Part shown: positions 47,284 to 58,300 of the stretch, in pieces
Position numbering within the stretch: the first letter of the stretch is position 1
Layout of the letters: every line of letters starts with the position of its first letter
NCBI GenBank assembly: GCA_963674735.2
Contig: CAXXQS010000002.1
Coordinates: forward strand, 1,888,001-1,952,000
DNA from: Myxococcota bacterium
GTDB taxonomy: Bacteria; Myxococcota_A; SURF-8
Reading direction: 5' to 3'
DNA: 64,000 nt
Translations under genes and position numbers: made by a program
The notes under the pieces: generated by a model
Database searches by the model: none
What the model was told of the DNA's origin: nothing
What the model saw: only the letters and a program-made list of their open reading frames with translations

Positions 47284-48306
47284 TTACGCCGGTTCCAGGT
47301 AGACGGGCGCGCCGTCCTCTTTGAGCGATTGGCGAGCGGCGTCGAGCACCTTGAGCACGGCCAGTCCGTTGCGGCCGTCGGTCAGTGGGCGCGTGCCGTT
47401 TTCCACGCAATCGAGAAAATGCTGAACTTCCAGTTTGAGCGGTTCGGCCATGGCGATCTTGGGAATCAGGATATCTCCCGTGCGCAGGGTGATGGCGTCG
47501 CCGTAGGAGTCGTATTCCCCGGCTTGAAACGGACCGCTGACGCCTTTGTCGTAGATTTTCAATTTCTCCGTGGCTTCCATGTCGTCGAAGACGATCATTT
47601 TGCGGCTGCCCACCAGCGTAAGGCGGCGAATCTTGTGCGGATCGAGCCAGGAGAGGTGGACGTTGGCCATGCGGCCGTCGTCGAAATACAGATTGAGAAA
47701 AACCACGTCTTCGATGTTGAGATCGCCTTGGATGTAGCAGGAGCCCACCGCCGATACCCGAACCGGCGATTTCTCGAACAAGTCGAGCACCACCGAGATA
47801 TCGTGCGGTCCAAGCGACCACATGGCGTTTTCGTCGCGGCGCACCTGTCCCAGGTTGACCCGCTGGCCGTAAATGTAAAGCAGATCGCCCAGTTCACCGC
47901 TTTTGACCAGTTCCTTCATCCGTTTCACGCCCGGATGGTACAGCATCAAATGGCCGACCATCAGCACGCGCTGGCGTTCTTCGGCCAAGGCTACCAACTC
48001 TTCGCCTTCCGCCAGATCGAGCGTAAGCGGCTTCTCGACGAAGACATGCAGATCCTGTTCGAGGGCCTTTTTGACCACGCCGTAGTGACTGGCGGCCGGG
48101 GTGGCGATGACGACGCCGTCGATCTTGCCCAACTCCAGAACTTCGCTCAGGTCGGCCATGATCGGCACACCCGGGTTCTGGGCGGTCAGGTTGCGACGGG
48201 TTTTAGGGTCGGGGTCGGCCACCGCCGCCAACGCGCCCAGTTGGTTCACGACGCGCACCAGGTTCTTGCCCCAGGTTCCCGCACCGATTACCGCTATATG
48301 TGCCAT
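47284..48306 (-). CDS. Gfo/Idh/MocA oxidoreductase (WbpB/WlbA-like nucleotide-sugar 3-dehydrogenase)
   Basis: GAGTWGKNL, VEKP, MVGH, ENAMWSLGPHD, SWLDPHK, EPLKLE. Confidence 0.85.
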   Translation of the reverse strand: MAHIAVIGAGTWGKNLVRVVNQLGALAAVADPDPKTRRNLTAQNPGVPIMADLSEVLELGKIDGVVIATPAASHYGVVKKALEQDLHVFVEKPLTLDLAEGEELVALAEERQRVLMVGHLMLYHPGVKRMKELVKSGELGDLLYIYGQRVNLGQVRRDENAMWSLGPHDISVVLDLFEKSPVRVSAVGSCYIQGDLNIEDVVFLNLYFDDGRMANVHLSWLDPHKIRRLTLVGSRKMIVFDDMEATEKLKIYDKGVSGPFQAGEYDSYGDAITLRTGDILIPKIAMAEPLKLEVQHFLDCVENGTRPLTDGRNGLAVLKVLDAARQSLKEDGAPVYLEPA

Positions 48307-48466
48307 ACGCTACCCCTTTTCATGAAAAAAAGGCGATTCGACTCCGTTTTTCATCCATCAACTCGCATTCGAGCGAAGGTCGGGCTTGTCCGCCGGTCGG
48401 AAACCCGATTTTATCGTTCGCAGTGGTAAACCCGTGGCGAGGGTTGGAGGCCGCTTTAGCGAAAGC

Positions 48467-50104
48467 TCAGGACAATTCCATCAATGTGCTGACCTTGGCG
48501 AAAGGAATGGTGCCATGCGCCAGGAGTTCATCGTGGAACGTTTTCAACGAGAATTCTTTGTTCCGTTTCTTTCGATAGGCCTCCAGTAATTTATTGATTT
48601 CGATTTTACCGATGTAATAGCTCATCGGTTGGGTCGGTGTTTGACAGTAACGCCGGACTTCGGCCTCGGCGTTGGGGGTTTCAAGGCCCGCCTTCTCGAC
48701 CAGGGTTTGCACCGCCTGCTCGACCGTCATTTTCTTTGTGTGCAGTTCCACGTCGATGACCACCCGCCAGGCGCGCCAGAGTGCGTCTTTGAGTTGCAGC
48801 AGACGTTCTTTCGGATCGCTGTAGAATCCTTGTTCCCACATCATGTCTTCACAATAAAAAGCCCAGCCTTCGGCAAAGACCGGGGTCGTGAACAGTTGTC
48901 GCACCAGCGAAGTCGATTGATTGGCCACGATATGCTGCAGGTGGTGGCCGGGATAGGCTTCGTGCAGGGCCGTGACCGCGATTCCCCACTTGCTGTGTCC
49001 CTTGAGCCGTTCCGCCAGCTCTTTTTTGGTCGGAGCTTCGGGCACCGTCACCCAGAAAATGCCTTCCTGGACGGATTCCAGCGGACCGGGGGACAGATAG
49101 GCGGCATACGGGATCAGTCCGGTTGCGAAAGGCGGGGTCGGAACCACTTTGATTTCTTCCGAGTCGGGCATGGTGACGAGATCATGATCTTTGACATAAT
49201 TTCGCGCCCGCAGCATCTCTTTTTGGTAGCTGGCGACGAGCCGGGAGGCGATGGGATGCTCTTTCTTGAGTGATTCCACCACTTGTTGCCGGTCTTTGCC
49301 TTTCGCGATTTTGCCCGCAAGTTTATCCATCTCTTGTGTGATCTGACGGATTTCTTTTTTGGCGATCTTGAGTAACTGGTCTGAATTATAGGGAATCTCG
49401 TGCTTAAGCTTCAAAATCTGGTTGTACAGAATCTTTCCCGTGGGAAAGTTCGCTTTCGCGGTCGGAAGATAGACCGTTTCCAGATCTTGTCCGAAACTGG
49501 TCAATTCCGTCACGGCTTCGCTGTTGGCTTCGAGCAGGGCGTCTTTCAGACTTCCGTGAATGTTTACCGTGAATTCGGGAATCGCCGTGGTCAGGAAGTT
49601 GATGGCTCCCGCACAGGTATGAATCGCCGACTCGACGAAAATGGCCGCCGGTTTGTCTAATGTGTTTCGCGCCTGGCGCAGCAGAGTCGGGATTCCGGCC
49701 AGCCGCCGGGTAATGGACAAGGCCCGCTCGCGATCCGGTGCAAACTCCCTTGATAACAGGACATAAATCCCGAAAAGGACTTCGCGCAGATAGTGGTCCG
49801 GGTTGATTTTGCGCGCCGGGTATTTCTTTTCAAGAATATCTTCCAATTCCAGGTGGGTCAGGATGAGTTCCAGGTCGACCCGGTTGTCCGTGTTGAGTGC
49901 ACGCTTGTTGATAGCCTTGAATTCTTTATAGAATTTACTGCGGCGGGCCCGCTGGTTTTTTAAAACGGCCGGGGCGTAGTCGCTGAACAGTTCATCGTGA
50001 TCATGCACACCAAGAAAAGAAGCGGAAACAGGATTGCTGCGCAAAACGAATTGGGTGAATTGATCCACGAGTTTGGCAAATTCATTGTCATGTGAAATGC
50101 CCAT
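48467..50104 (-). CDS. DUF885 family protein
   Basis: HEAYPGHHLQ, EGWAFY, RAWRVVID..LH, EVRRY..PTQPMSY.IG, FHD..L..G. Confidence 0.9.
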   Translation of the reverse strand: MGISHDNEFAKLVDQFTQFVLRSNPVSASFLGVHDHDELFSDYAPAVLKNQRARRSKFYKEFKAINKRALNTDNRVDLELILTHLELEDILEKKYPARKINPDHYLREVLFGIYVLLSREFAPDRERALSITRRLAGIPTLLRQARNTLDKPAAIFVESAIHTCAGAINFLTTAIPEFTVNIHGSLKDALLEANSEAVTELTSFGQDLETVYLPTAKANFPTGKILYNQILKLKHEIPYNSDQLLKIAKKEIRQITQEMDKLAGKIAKGKDRQQVVESLKKEHPIASRLVASYQKEMLRARNYVKDHDLVTMPDSEEIKVVPTPPFATGLIPYAAYLSPGPLESVQEGIFWVTVPEAPTKKELAERLKGHSKWGIAVTALHEAYPGHHLQHIVANQSTSLVRQLFTTPVFAEGWAFYCEDMMWEQGFYSDPKERLLQLKDALWRAWRVVIDVELHTKKMTVEQAVQTLVEKAGLETPNAEAEVRRYCQTPTQPMSYYIGKIEINKLLEAYRKKRNKEFSLKTFHDELLAHGTIPFAKVSTLMELS

Positions 50105-50257
50105 TATTATTACCCTTTCTCACCCTCCAGAACAATTGGAATAGAAAAATTCCGCCTCATGCTATCAAAGGCGGGGAATGAAGTCAAAGGAAAGTTGCCG
50201 GATGCGATTCGATCTGGTAAAAGAGCGGGGAGAGTCTGGCTGTGAAGGAGAAACAAC

Positions 50258-51307
50258 ATGCGGACCAGTATTGTGGGCTTCCGTGGCTGCGGAAAAACGA
50301 CGGTGTTCAATGCGCTTACCGGCTTGCATGCCGAAGTGGGCGGCTACCACGCCGGCGATGTGAAAAACCTGGGTAATATCAAAGTTCCAGACAAACGACT
50401 GGCAACGATTGCCGAAAAGATAAGTCCCAAGAAGCTGACCTACGCCGAAATCAGCTTCGCCGATTTGGCTGCGACTTCCCCCGCCGACGGGAAAGGCTTT
50501 GCCGCCGCGATGTTGTCGGAGATGCGCGCCGCCGATGCGCTGGTGCATGTGGTGCGCGGCTTTGACAATCCGGATTTGTCGGATTCGCCGGATCTGATGC
50601 GCGATATCACCGTTTTTGAGGGGGAAATGGTGCTGGCTGACCTGCTGATTGTGGAAAATCGGCTGAGTAAGCTCCGCAAGACGGGAGCCAAGACCAAAGA
50701 ACGGGAGTATCTGGAGATCATCGCGGCTCACTTGGAAGCGGACCAGCCGTTACGGACCCTGGAAATCGATGGAGGAGCCTGGACGCTGCTCGCCGGATTT
50801 TCCTTCTTGTCGAAGAAATCCTGCCTGCTGCTGCTCAATGTCGAAGAAGAGCAGGCCGCCGACCCGGCTTCGGCTGAAATCATTGAATTTGCAACGAAAA
50901 ACAGCCTGCGCGTCATGGTTGTCTCGGGTAATGTGGAGATGGAACTCAACGATCTCGACGAAACCGACGGGCAGGAGTATCTGGCCAGCCTGGGGTTGAA
51001 AGAACCCGCCAAGGACCGTTTCATCCGCGAAGTGTACGATATGCTGGACCTGATTTCCTTTTTCACCGCCGGTCCCGACGAGGTGCGTGCCTGGACGATC
51101 CGTAAGGGCACCTTCGCCCAACAGGCGGCCGGGAAGATCCACTCGGACATCGAACGCGGTTTCATCCGCGCCGAAGTGATGCAGTGGGCGGATATGGCGG
51201 AATTGGGCAGCGACGCCAAATGCCGGGAGGCCGGAAAAATGCGCCTGGAAGGCAAAGAGTACATCCCGCAGGACGGCGAGGTGATTCACTTCCGGTTCAA
51301 TGTCTGA
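50258..51307 (+). CDS. ychF: YchF-family (Obg-like) ATPase, divergent
   Basis: GCGKTTVFNALT, VPDKRL, ISFFT.G.DEVRAW, AAGKIHSDIERGFIRAE, EGKEY, FRFNV. Confidence 0.85.
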   Translation: MRTSIVGFRGCGKTTVFNALTGLHAEVGGYHAGDVKNLGNIKVPDKRLATIAEKISPKKLTYAEISFADLAATSPADGKGFAAAMLSEMRAADALVHVVRGFDNPDLSDSPDLMRDITVFEGEMVLADLLIVENRLSKLRKTGAKTKEREYLEIIAAHLEADQPLRTLEIDGGAWTLLAGFSFLSKKSCLLLLNVEEEQAADPASAEIIEFATKNSLRVMVVSGNVEMELNDLDETDGQEYLASLGLKEPAKDRFIREVYDMLDLISFFTAGPDEVRAWTIRKGTFAQQAAGKIHSDIERGFIRAEVMQWADMAELGSDAKCREAGKMRLEGKEYIPQDGEVIHFRFNV

Positions 51308-51334
51308 CCCGATGCGTCGAGAGGGGTGTTGACC

Positions 51335-52288
51335 ATGCAAGATAATAGAATTACGAAGCTATTCGGAATTCAATATCCGATCGTGCAGGGCGGCATGATC
51401 TGGGTGTCGGGCGCTCGTCTGGCCGCCGCCGTTTCGAATGCGGGCGGTTTGGGGCTGATCGGCGCCGGTTCGATGAGCCCGGAGCTGTTGCGCGAGCACA
51501 TCCGCAAGCTACGCGGTCTGACGGATCGCCCCTTCGGCGTCAATCTCCCGATTTTCAGCGATCGCTCGTCCGAAAAGGCGCAGGTGATCATCGAAGAAGG
51601 GGTGAACATCGTTTTCAGCAGCGGTGGTTCCCCCAAGGCCCTGACTCCGCTCTTCAAGGAGAAGGGTTGCACCGTGATTCATGTCACGTCGACCCCGGCA
51701 CTGGCGCGAAAATGCGAAGCGGCCGGTGTGGACGGCGTGGTGTGCGAGGGTTTCGAGGCGGGCGGTCATAACGGACGCGCGGAGTTGACGACCCTGGTGC
51801 TTGTTCCCCAGGTGGTGGATGTGGTATCCATCCCGGTCCTGGCGGCCGGGGGGATCGGCGACGGACGGGGTATGGCCGCCGCCATGGCCCTGGGCGCCGA
51901 CGGGGTGCAGATCGGCAGTCGTTTCGTGGCGTCCGAGGAAGCGGGGTGTCATGAGGCTTTCAAACGGGCGGTGGTGGCGGCGGATGCCGAGGCCACGGTG
52001 CTGGCGCTCAAGAAACTGATTCCGGTGCGCTTGCTCCGAAATTCTTTCGCGGAACGGATTTTGGCGGCGGAAGCGCAGGGCGACGGCAGCGAAACCCTGA
52101 TGGCTCTGTTGGGTCAGGGTCGCTCGAAGCTTGGTATGTTCGATGGTGATGTGGACGAAGGCGAGCTCGAAATCGGACAAATCGCCGGATTGCTGCGGGA
52201 CGTTCAACCCGTTTCGGCTATTATAGGTGAATTGATGGCGGAGTACCGTCGGGCGGTCGCCGTTTTGATGAAATCCGTCGGAGAGTAG
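51335..52288 (+). CDS. FabK / nitronate monooxygenase family flavoprotein
   Basis: YPIVQGGM, VSNAGGLG, PFGVN, EAGGH, AAGGI.DG, GQIAG. Confidence 0.9.
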   Translation: MQDNRITKLFGIQYPIVQGGMIWVSGARLAAAVSNAGGLGLIGAGSMSPELLREHIRKLRGLTDRPFGVNLPIFSDRSSEKAQVIIEEGVNIVFSSGGSPKALTPLFKEKGCTVIHVTSTPALARKCEAAGVDGVVCEGFEAGGHNGRAELTTLVLVPQVVDVVSIPVLAAGGIGDGRGMAAAMALGADGVQIGSRFVASEEAGCHEAFKRAVVAADAEATVLALKKLIPVRLLRNSFAERILAAEAQGDGSETLMALLGQGRSKLGMFDGDVDEGELEIGQIAGLLRDVQPVSAIIGELMAEYRRAVAVLMKSVGE

Positions 52289-52784
52289 GGGCTATTTTGG
52301 CGGACTGTCTGTTTTCATGCCACAGTTGATGTTTTCGGTTGAAGAGCAACAGGTCCGGCAAGAGTTTTCGAGCATCCGAGCATTCCATCCTTCGCGGGAA
52401 AAACCGGGTGGAAACGGAAAAATTGCTTGCATATTAATAGCTTCTATGTTAACGGATACTGTCCCTGGTTCCGGAAGGATATCGCTAAGTTGGCGCAAAA
52501 TTGCAGTTCGTGGGAAGCTTGGTGCCGCGTTTTTTGCGTAAAAAAAGAAGCTGCCGATATCGAGAATCCACGATCTGCGGGCCTTTTGTCTGAAGATGTA
52601 CTTAACCCATCGTCCTTATCGACGTCGGGGGCTCTGCGGGGCTGGTTTTTCGGATACCGGACTCAAGTTTTGATTTGACCTCTAGATAGTGACTGAATCG
52701 AACAGGAACGCGTTTCTTATGTGTTTCTGTTATGTTACGTTCTAGCCACATTGACGTGTAACGAGTAGAGGGTAGAGAAGGACT

Positions 52785-53654
52785 ATGAAGAAGCAAACAT
52801 TAGGGCGTGTATGGATGTTGTTGCTGGCCGGCCTGATCCTGGCTATGCCCGCGGTTGCGTTTGGTCAAGGTGCGAGTTCACCGTCTCCCTTCGAAGACGA
52901 TGGTGCGTTCCCGGACAGCGACGCGACGGCCGCGGATGAAGATCAACAAGTTATGCAGGATGCGGCGGCCGATTCGGCCAACAATCGCCGTGCCGTCGAC
53001 TTGCCGCTCAAGCGCAAGGCGAAGGTGGTTGAGAAAAAGCTGTACCCGAAGGATTTGAAGCACGAGCTGAATCTTTATTTCGGCATCAATCCTTCCGACA
53101 GCTTCGTTTTCAGCCTGGTCGAGGGTGCGCGTTACAATTTCCACATCAATGAGATGTTCGGCGTGCAGGCGGTGTTCGGCTATATGCAGAGCTTCGACCG
53201 CAACGCCACGTCGCTGTTGACCGACTCGGTGGACAAGGGTGGACTGGAAATCGATAAGGATTTCATCAAGAACTCCGAGGTTCAGTGGTTTGCCAATGCC
53301 GATTTCGTGTTTTATCCGGTTTACGGAAAATTCGCGCTGCTTTCTTCCGTGATCGCCCATTACGATGTCGGCGTGTATGTCGGCGGCGGTGTGATGGCGA
53401 CGGCCAGCGGCGACTACGCTCCGGCCCCCGATCTGGGCTTGGTGGGTAACATCTACATCAACAAATGGTTGTCCCTGCGGGCCGACTTCATGTACTACGC
53501 GATGATCTCGAAGGACAAGCGCTCCCAGCCTTCTTCGGATGTGGGCGGTACCTTGGGCGGGACCGACCAGGACAGCGAAGAACGTGGCGGTTATCTGCTG
53601 CGTAACAACTATTTTGTCACGCTGGGTGTCAGCTTCCATCTCCCCGTGGATTAA
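52785..53654 (+). CDS. Outer-membrane beta-barrel protein, GltA/GltB (NfsA/B)-like
   Basis: Signal peptide; VVEKKLYPK..HEL, P.YGKF, C-terminal LGVSF; heads the glt operon. Confidence 0.75.
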   Translation: MKKQTLGRVWMLLLAGLILAMPAVAFGQGASSPSPFEDDGAFPDSDATAADEDQQVMQDAAADSANNRRAVDLPLKRKAKVVEKKLYPKDLKHELNLYFGINPSDSFVFSLVEGARYNFHINEMFGVQAVFGYMQSFDRNATSLLTDSVDKGGLEIDKDFIKNSEVQWFANADFVFYPVYGKFALLSSVIAHYDVGVYVGGGVMATASGDYAPAPDLGLVGNIYINKWLSLRADFMYYAMISKDKRSQPSSDVGGTLGGTDQDSEERGGYLLRNNYFVTLGVSFHLPVD

Positions 53655-53678
53655 CGGCAGGAAAAGGAGTAGAGTCTG

Positions 53679-55313
53679 ATGAAACGAGTACTCCTGGCAA
53701 TTTTTGCCCTACTCGCCATCGCCGTCATCGTGGCTTCCTGCGCCGAACCTTCCGCGCGCGACAAAATGATGCGGCGCTACGATACGATCGAGCCCTCGCA
53801 GGCTATCCTGAGCATGCCCCAGGAAGTGCAGGACACGATCAAAGCTTACAACAACGAAGAATATTATTTCGCCGCCATCGGCTTCCACAAAATCCTTCAG
53901 AATCCGGATTGGCGCGCGCTTCATGAATCGGCACAGTATTACTTCACCGAGTGCCTGTACCGCCTCAATCTCTACCAAGCCTGCCAATACGAACTCACCA
54001 AGATCCTCTTCAAGGGTCCGGAAGGCAGCACCTACTTTACCTCGGCTCTGATCAAGCTTCTGGCCATCACTTACGAGACCAAAGACGAGACGGTCATTTT
54101 CGCCGTCCTCTCGAACATTGCGCTCGAAAAATTCCCGAAGCGTTTCCGTAACGAACTGATTTACCTGGTGGGCAAGATGTATTTCTACCAGGGACAGGTC
54201 GACGAAGCCTACGTGAAATTCTCGCAGGTCGATCCGCGCTCCGCCTTCTATGCCAAAGCCAACTACTTCAAGGGCATCATCGAGGTGAAGCGCAAGGAAT
54301 ACGAAAAGGCCAAGGAAACCTTCGATCTCATCCAGAACCTGCCCGTCGTGGCGGTTGAATTCGGTGAATCGACCAAGGTCAAGGAAATGAGCAAGCTGGC
54401 CGTCGGTCAGTTGTTCTATGCCGCCGCCCACGATGCGCCCAAAGCGCAGCAGGAAGAAATCTTCAAAGCGGCCATCACCTTCTACGATCAGGTCGACCGC
54501 GACAACCCGCAGTGGTTCGAGTCGCAGTTCGAAAAGACTTGGGCCGCCACCATGATCGGGCGCTACGGGATTTCGCTGGGCTCCAGTCTGACGTTGTCGA
54601 GCCCGTACTTCGAAGATCGCTTCGTGCCTGAAGTCAATCTGATCGAAGCCATTACCTGGTATACCTTATGTAAATACGAAGAAGCGCGCGAAACCCTCGA
54701 CCGCTTCTTCGCGCTCTACGGCGATATGCACTCGCGTCTCAAAAGCTACATGGGCACACGTGCGCCGGGCATGACTCCGCAGCAGGTTTACGAAGATCTG
54801 CTGGATCAGTATGAAGCTTCCTACAACGGTGAAGAAACGGATCTGCCGATTCAGGTGTTGACGCATGTGCTCAACGATCAGAAATTCCTGAACAACTTCC
54901 AGCATGTGCAGGAACTCGACCGCGAGTTCAATTCGCTTTGGCTGGCTCCGCCTTACTTCCGCAATACCACGTTCTTCACCTCGACGGTCAAGAAAATGGA
55001 ACGGCAGCGCAGCAACATCAAGAAGAAAGCCGGTCGCTGGGCGTTGAACGAGCTCAAAGATGTTGAAAACATGCTGGCTCAGCTTCTGGGCAATGCGCAC
55101 AACATCGATTTCGAGTTGACCGATTCCGAGCGCCGCCGCTTGGAAGAGCAGGCTCGATTTGGTGTCGATTTCGAAATGCAGGTTTACGACGAGGAGGAGC
55201 TCCTCCTGTCTCCGGCCGTGCCGGACTCCTATCAATACTGGGCCTTCGATGGCGAGTATTGGAAGGATGAGTTGGGCTATTATCTGATGGCTGTCACTCA
55301 AGAGTGCCAGTAG
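53679..55313 (+). CDS. gltC: TPR protein GltC/NfsC-like (lipoprotein signal)
   Basis: Lipobox VASC; TPR helices; C-terminal YWAFDGEYWKDELGYY..C as in GltC. Confidence 0.75.
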   Translation: MKRVLLAIFALLAIAVIVASCAEPSARDKMMRRYDTIEPSQAILSMPQEVQDTIKAYNNEEYYFAAIGFHKILQNPDWRALHESAQYYFTECLYRLNLYQACQYELTKILFKGPEGSTYFTSALIKLLAITYETKDETVIFAVLSNIALEKFPKRFRNELIYLVGKMYFYQGQVDEAYVKFSQVDPRSAFYAKANYFKGIIEVKRKEYEKAKETFDLIQNLPVVAVEFGESTKVKEMSKLAVGQLFYAAAHDAPKAQQEEIFKAAITFYDQVDRDNPQWFESQFEKTWAATMIGRYGISLGSSLTLSSPYFEDRFVPEVNLIEAITWYTLCKYEEARETLDRFFALYGDMHSRLKSYMGTRAPGMTPQQVYEDLLDQYEASYNGEETDLPIQVLTHVLNDQKFLNNFQHVQELDREFNSLWLAPPYFRNTTFFTSTVKKMERQRSNIKKKAGRWALNELKDVENMLAQLLGNAHNIDFELTDSERRRLEEQARFGVDFEMQVYDEEELLLSPAVPDSYQYWAFDGEYWKDELGYYLMAVTQECQ

Positions 55314-55336
55314 TTCATCGAACCGAGGTACGCACG

Positions 55337-58300
55337 ATGGTTAGACGTGTCGAGAAGAGCTTCGTGGTGATTTTTATCGCTCTCCTTATGGCCTTTACAT
55401 TTACGGCCGGAGAAGTGCTGATTTCGCCCGATTTCCATAGCGCCGACGCCGCCCGTAAACGGCGGGGTCGCACCCAGAAAGAAAAAAAGGACGCCACCCA
55501 GGACGAGCAGAAAGGCGACGAACTGCAGCAGATCCTGGAAGGCCAGCAGGATGACGGCAAAATCGACGTCAACACTCTGCGGGTCGAGGACGATTTCGCC
55601 TTGACCTCGACCGTCGGTATCAAAATCGATGAGTCGATCGAAAAGCTGATGCGCATCCTCGAAAACTTCCAGGAGCCCGGTACGCTGCGGCGCTTGGCCG
55701 AGTTTTACTGGAAAAAGTCCCATCAGCTGAATCTCGACCTGATGAAAGCCCACCAGGGGCGTATGGATGGTTGGTTCGAGGCCGGTCAGAAAGGCGATCC
55801 TCCCAAGGAGCCCGATAGCGAAATCTGGTTCAAGTACAACCGCAAAGCGGTGGAAATCTGCCAGCTTATCATCGATCGCTATCCCGATTTCCAGGGCATG
55901 GATGAAGTCTATTTCTTCATGGGATACAATCTCAACGAAGTCGGCCGCGACGCGGATGCGGTGATTTACTACAAGAAACTGGTCCGCCAGTTCCCCAACA
56001 GCGGGTATGTCCCGGATAGTTGGATGGCCATCGGCGACTACTACTTCTCTCATAATAATGTTTACGATGCGCTACCTGCGTACGAGGAAGTGTTGCGCCA
56101 CGAAGCCAGCAAGGTTTTCGGTTTCGCCAAGTACAAAATCGCCTGGTGCTATTTCAACCTCGGTAAATACGACGACGCCATCGAGACCTTTAAAGAGGTG
56201 GTGGCCTGGTCGCAGGATCAATCCAAACGCGGCAAATCGCAGATTACCCTGATGGAAGAATCTTTGAAGGACCTGGTCATGGGCTTTGCCGAAAAGGGAA
56301 GCGTTGACGAGGCCGAGAAGTATTTCCTGAGTGTGGGCGGGAAAAAGTATTTCCGCATGATGCTCGTGCGTCTGGCCGACATCTACACCAATCAGGGCAA
56401 ATTCGTCGATTCGATCGCCATCTATCGGCGTTTGATCAAAGATTACCCGCTGCACAAAGACGATCCCGATTTCCAGATGAAGATCGTGGAGGCTTATTCC
56501 AACCTCAACGACAAGGAAAATACCACCAAAGAAATCGTCAACATGGTTTACTACGCCAAACCGGCCGAAGAGTCGGAGTGGGTGAAGGAAAACCAGAAGA
56601 CGGAAGAAGAGCGGGTGCAGGAGGCGTGGGAGAACGCCGAACGCATGTTGATCAAGACGGTTGTCGAGTATCACAAAGAAGCCATCAAGATCAAGAACGA
56701 AAAAACCTGGGACATGGCTCAGCAGCTCTATGAGCTGTATCTGCAGTACTTCAAGCAATCCAAAACGTACTACGACGTGTCGTTCAACTACGCCGAACTG
56801 CTTTACAGCCGAAACAACTTCGTCAAGGCCGGTGAGTGGTACACCATCGTGGCCGAGATGGACTCGAAAGGAAAACACTTCGAGGACGCTTCCTACAACG
56901 CCATTCTTTCTTACGAAAAACTGGTGCATAAAGAGATTCAGGCCTGGATCGGCGACACCAAAAAGCGTTCGAAGCGCAAAGACAAAAACTACAAATTGCA
57001 GTCGAAGAAGGAAATGGACGCCAAAGAGGCCGAGCAGGCCGAGGCGTATGCCGAGCGCGAATTCTCCGATAACACCAAGGGCTTCGTGAAGGCCTGCAAT
57101 ATCTACATCGACAATATCCCGCAGTCGTCGAAAAAAGTGGACATCATTTACAAGGTGGCCATCATTCACTATGCGCACAATCACTTCGACAACGCCGTCA
57201 AACGCTTTGAATTGATTGTCACCGATTATCCGCGCCACCGTTTGGCCGTTTACTCCGCCAACCTGATTCTCGATTCCTTGAACATCAGCAAGAACTGGCG
57301 GAAGTTGAACGAAACCGTGCGCGCCTATCTCAAGAACAAGCGTCTCGTACCGGCTAAGGGCCGTGCGGCCTTCCGTCGCGACTTGGTCGATTTGAATGAG
57401 AAATCCTCCTTCAAGAAGGTCGAAGTGACGGAGCAGGAAAAACGCTGGGTTGCGGCGGCGGAAGAATATCTGACTTTCTGCAAGGAATTCCCGAAATCCA
57501 AAATGCGCGACACGGCGATGTACAATGCGGCCGTGCATTACGTGACTGCAGGTGAGATCGAGCAGTCGATTGCCGTGCAGCGCCGTTTCCTGAAAGAGTA
57601 TCCCAAGTCCGCCTATGCCGGGGATGTGCTCTTCAAGCTGGGTAAAAACCTTGAAGCGTTGGCCTATTTCGATGAGGCGGCCAATCGTTACGAGGAATAC
57701 GACAAGAAATATCCGAAGGGTGAACATCGCAGCACCGCGCTGTTCAATGCCGCTATTTTCCATGAGAGCTTGGGCCATACCGAGAAGGGTGTTGCGCTCA
57801 AGAAAAAATACATGGGAATCAGCAAGGACGAAGGCGAAAAAGATCAGCTTCTTTTTGGTGTTGGATACACCTACCTGGATGTGAAGGACGACGCCAAGGC
57901 GGAAAAGGCCTTCAAAGATTACCTGAAGAAGCGTGAAAAAGACGTTACGTGGCCGCGCTACGACAAAAAATCCGGCGAAAGACTGGCCAAAGGCAAGATC
58001 AAAGGCGATGCCAACCGCATTTATGCCGCCCACATCGAATTGATGAGGATTGCCGAACGTCAAAGCAACCAAAAGGTGATCGAGAGCGAACGAGCTCTGA
58101 TCTTGAAACTGGCCGACTGTGACACGGATGTTTCGCTGGGCGAGCCCGCGCGCGAGGCGATCGCCGAGGCGTCTTTCCACCGTCTCGAATCGCAGTATAC
58201 GTCCTACGTCGCCTACAAACTTGAGGTGGGTCGGCGTGTGAAGCAGGAGACGTGGAACAAGAAAATGATGGAACGGCTCAAGGATAAATCCAATAAAGCC

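Noticed and set aside
52461-52485. SRP-RNA-like TCCGGAAGGA
   Set aside because: Flanking conserved SRP helix-8 bases and the long stem are absent.
52491-52505. Sigma54 promoter TGGCGC-AAAA-TTGCA before the glt operon
   Set aside because: GG-to-GC spacing is 9 nt, not the required 10.
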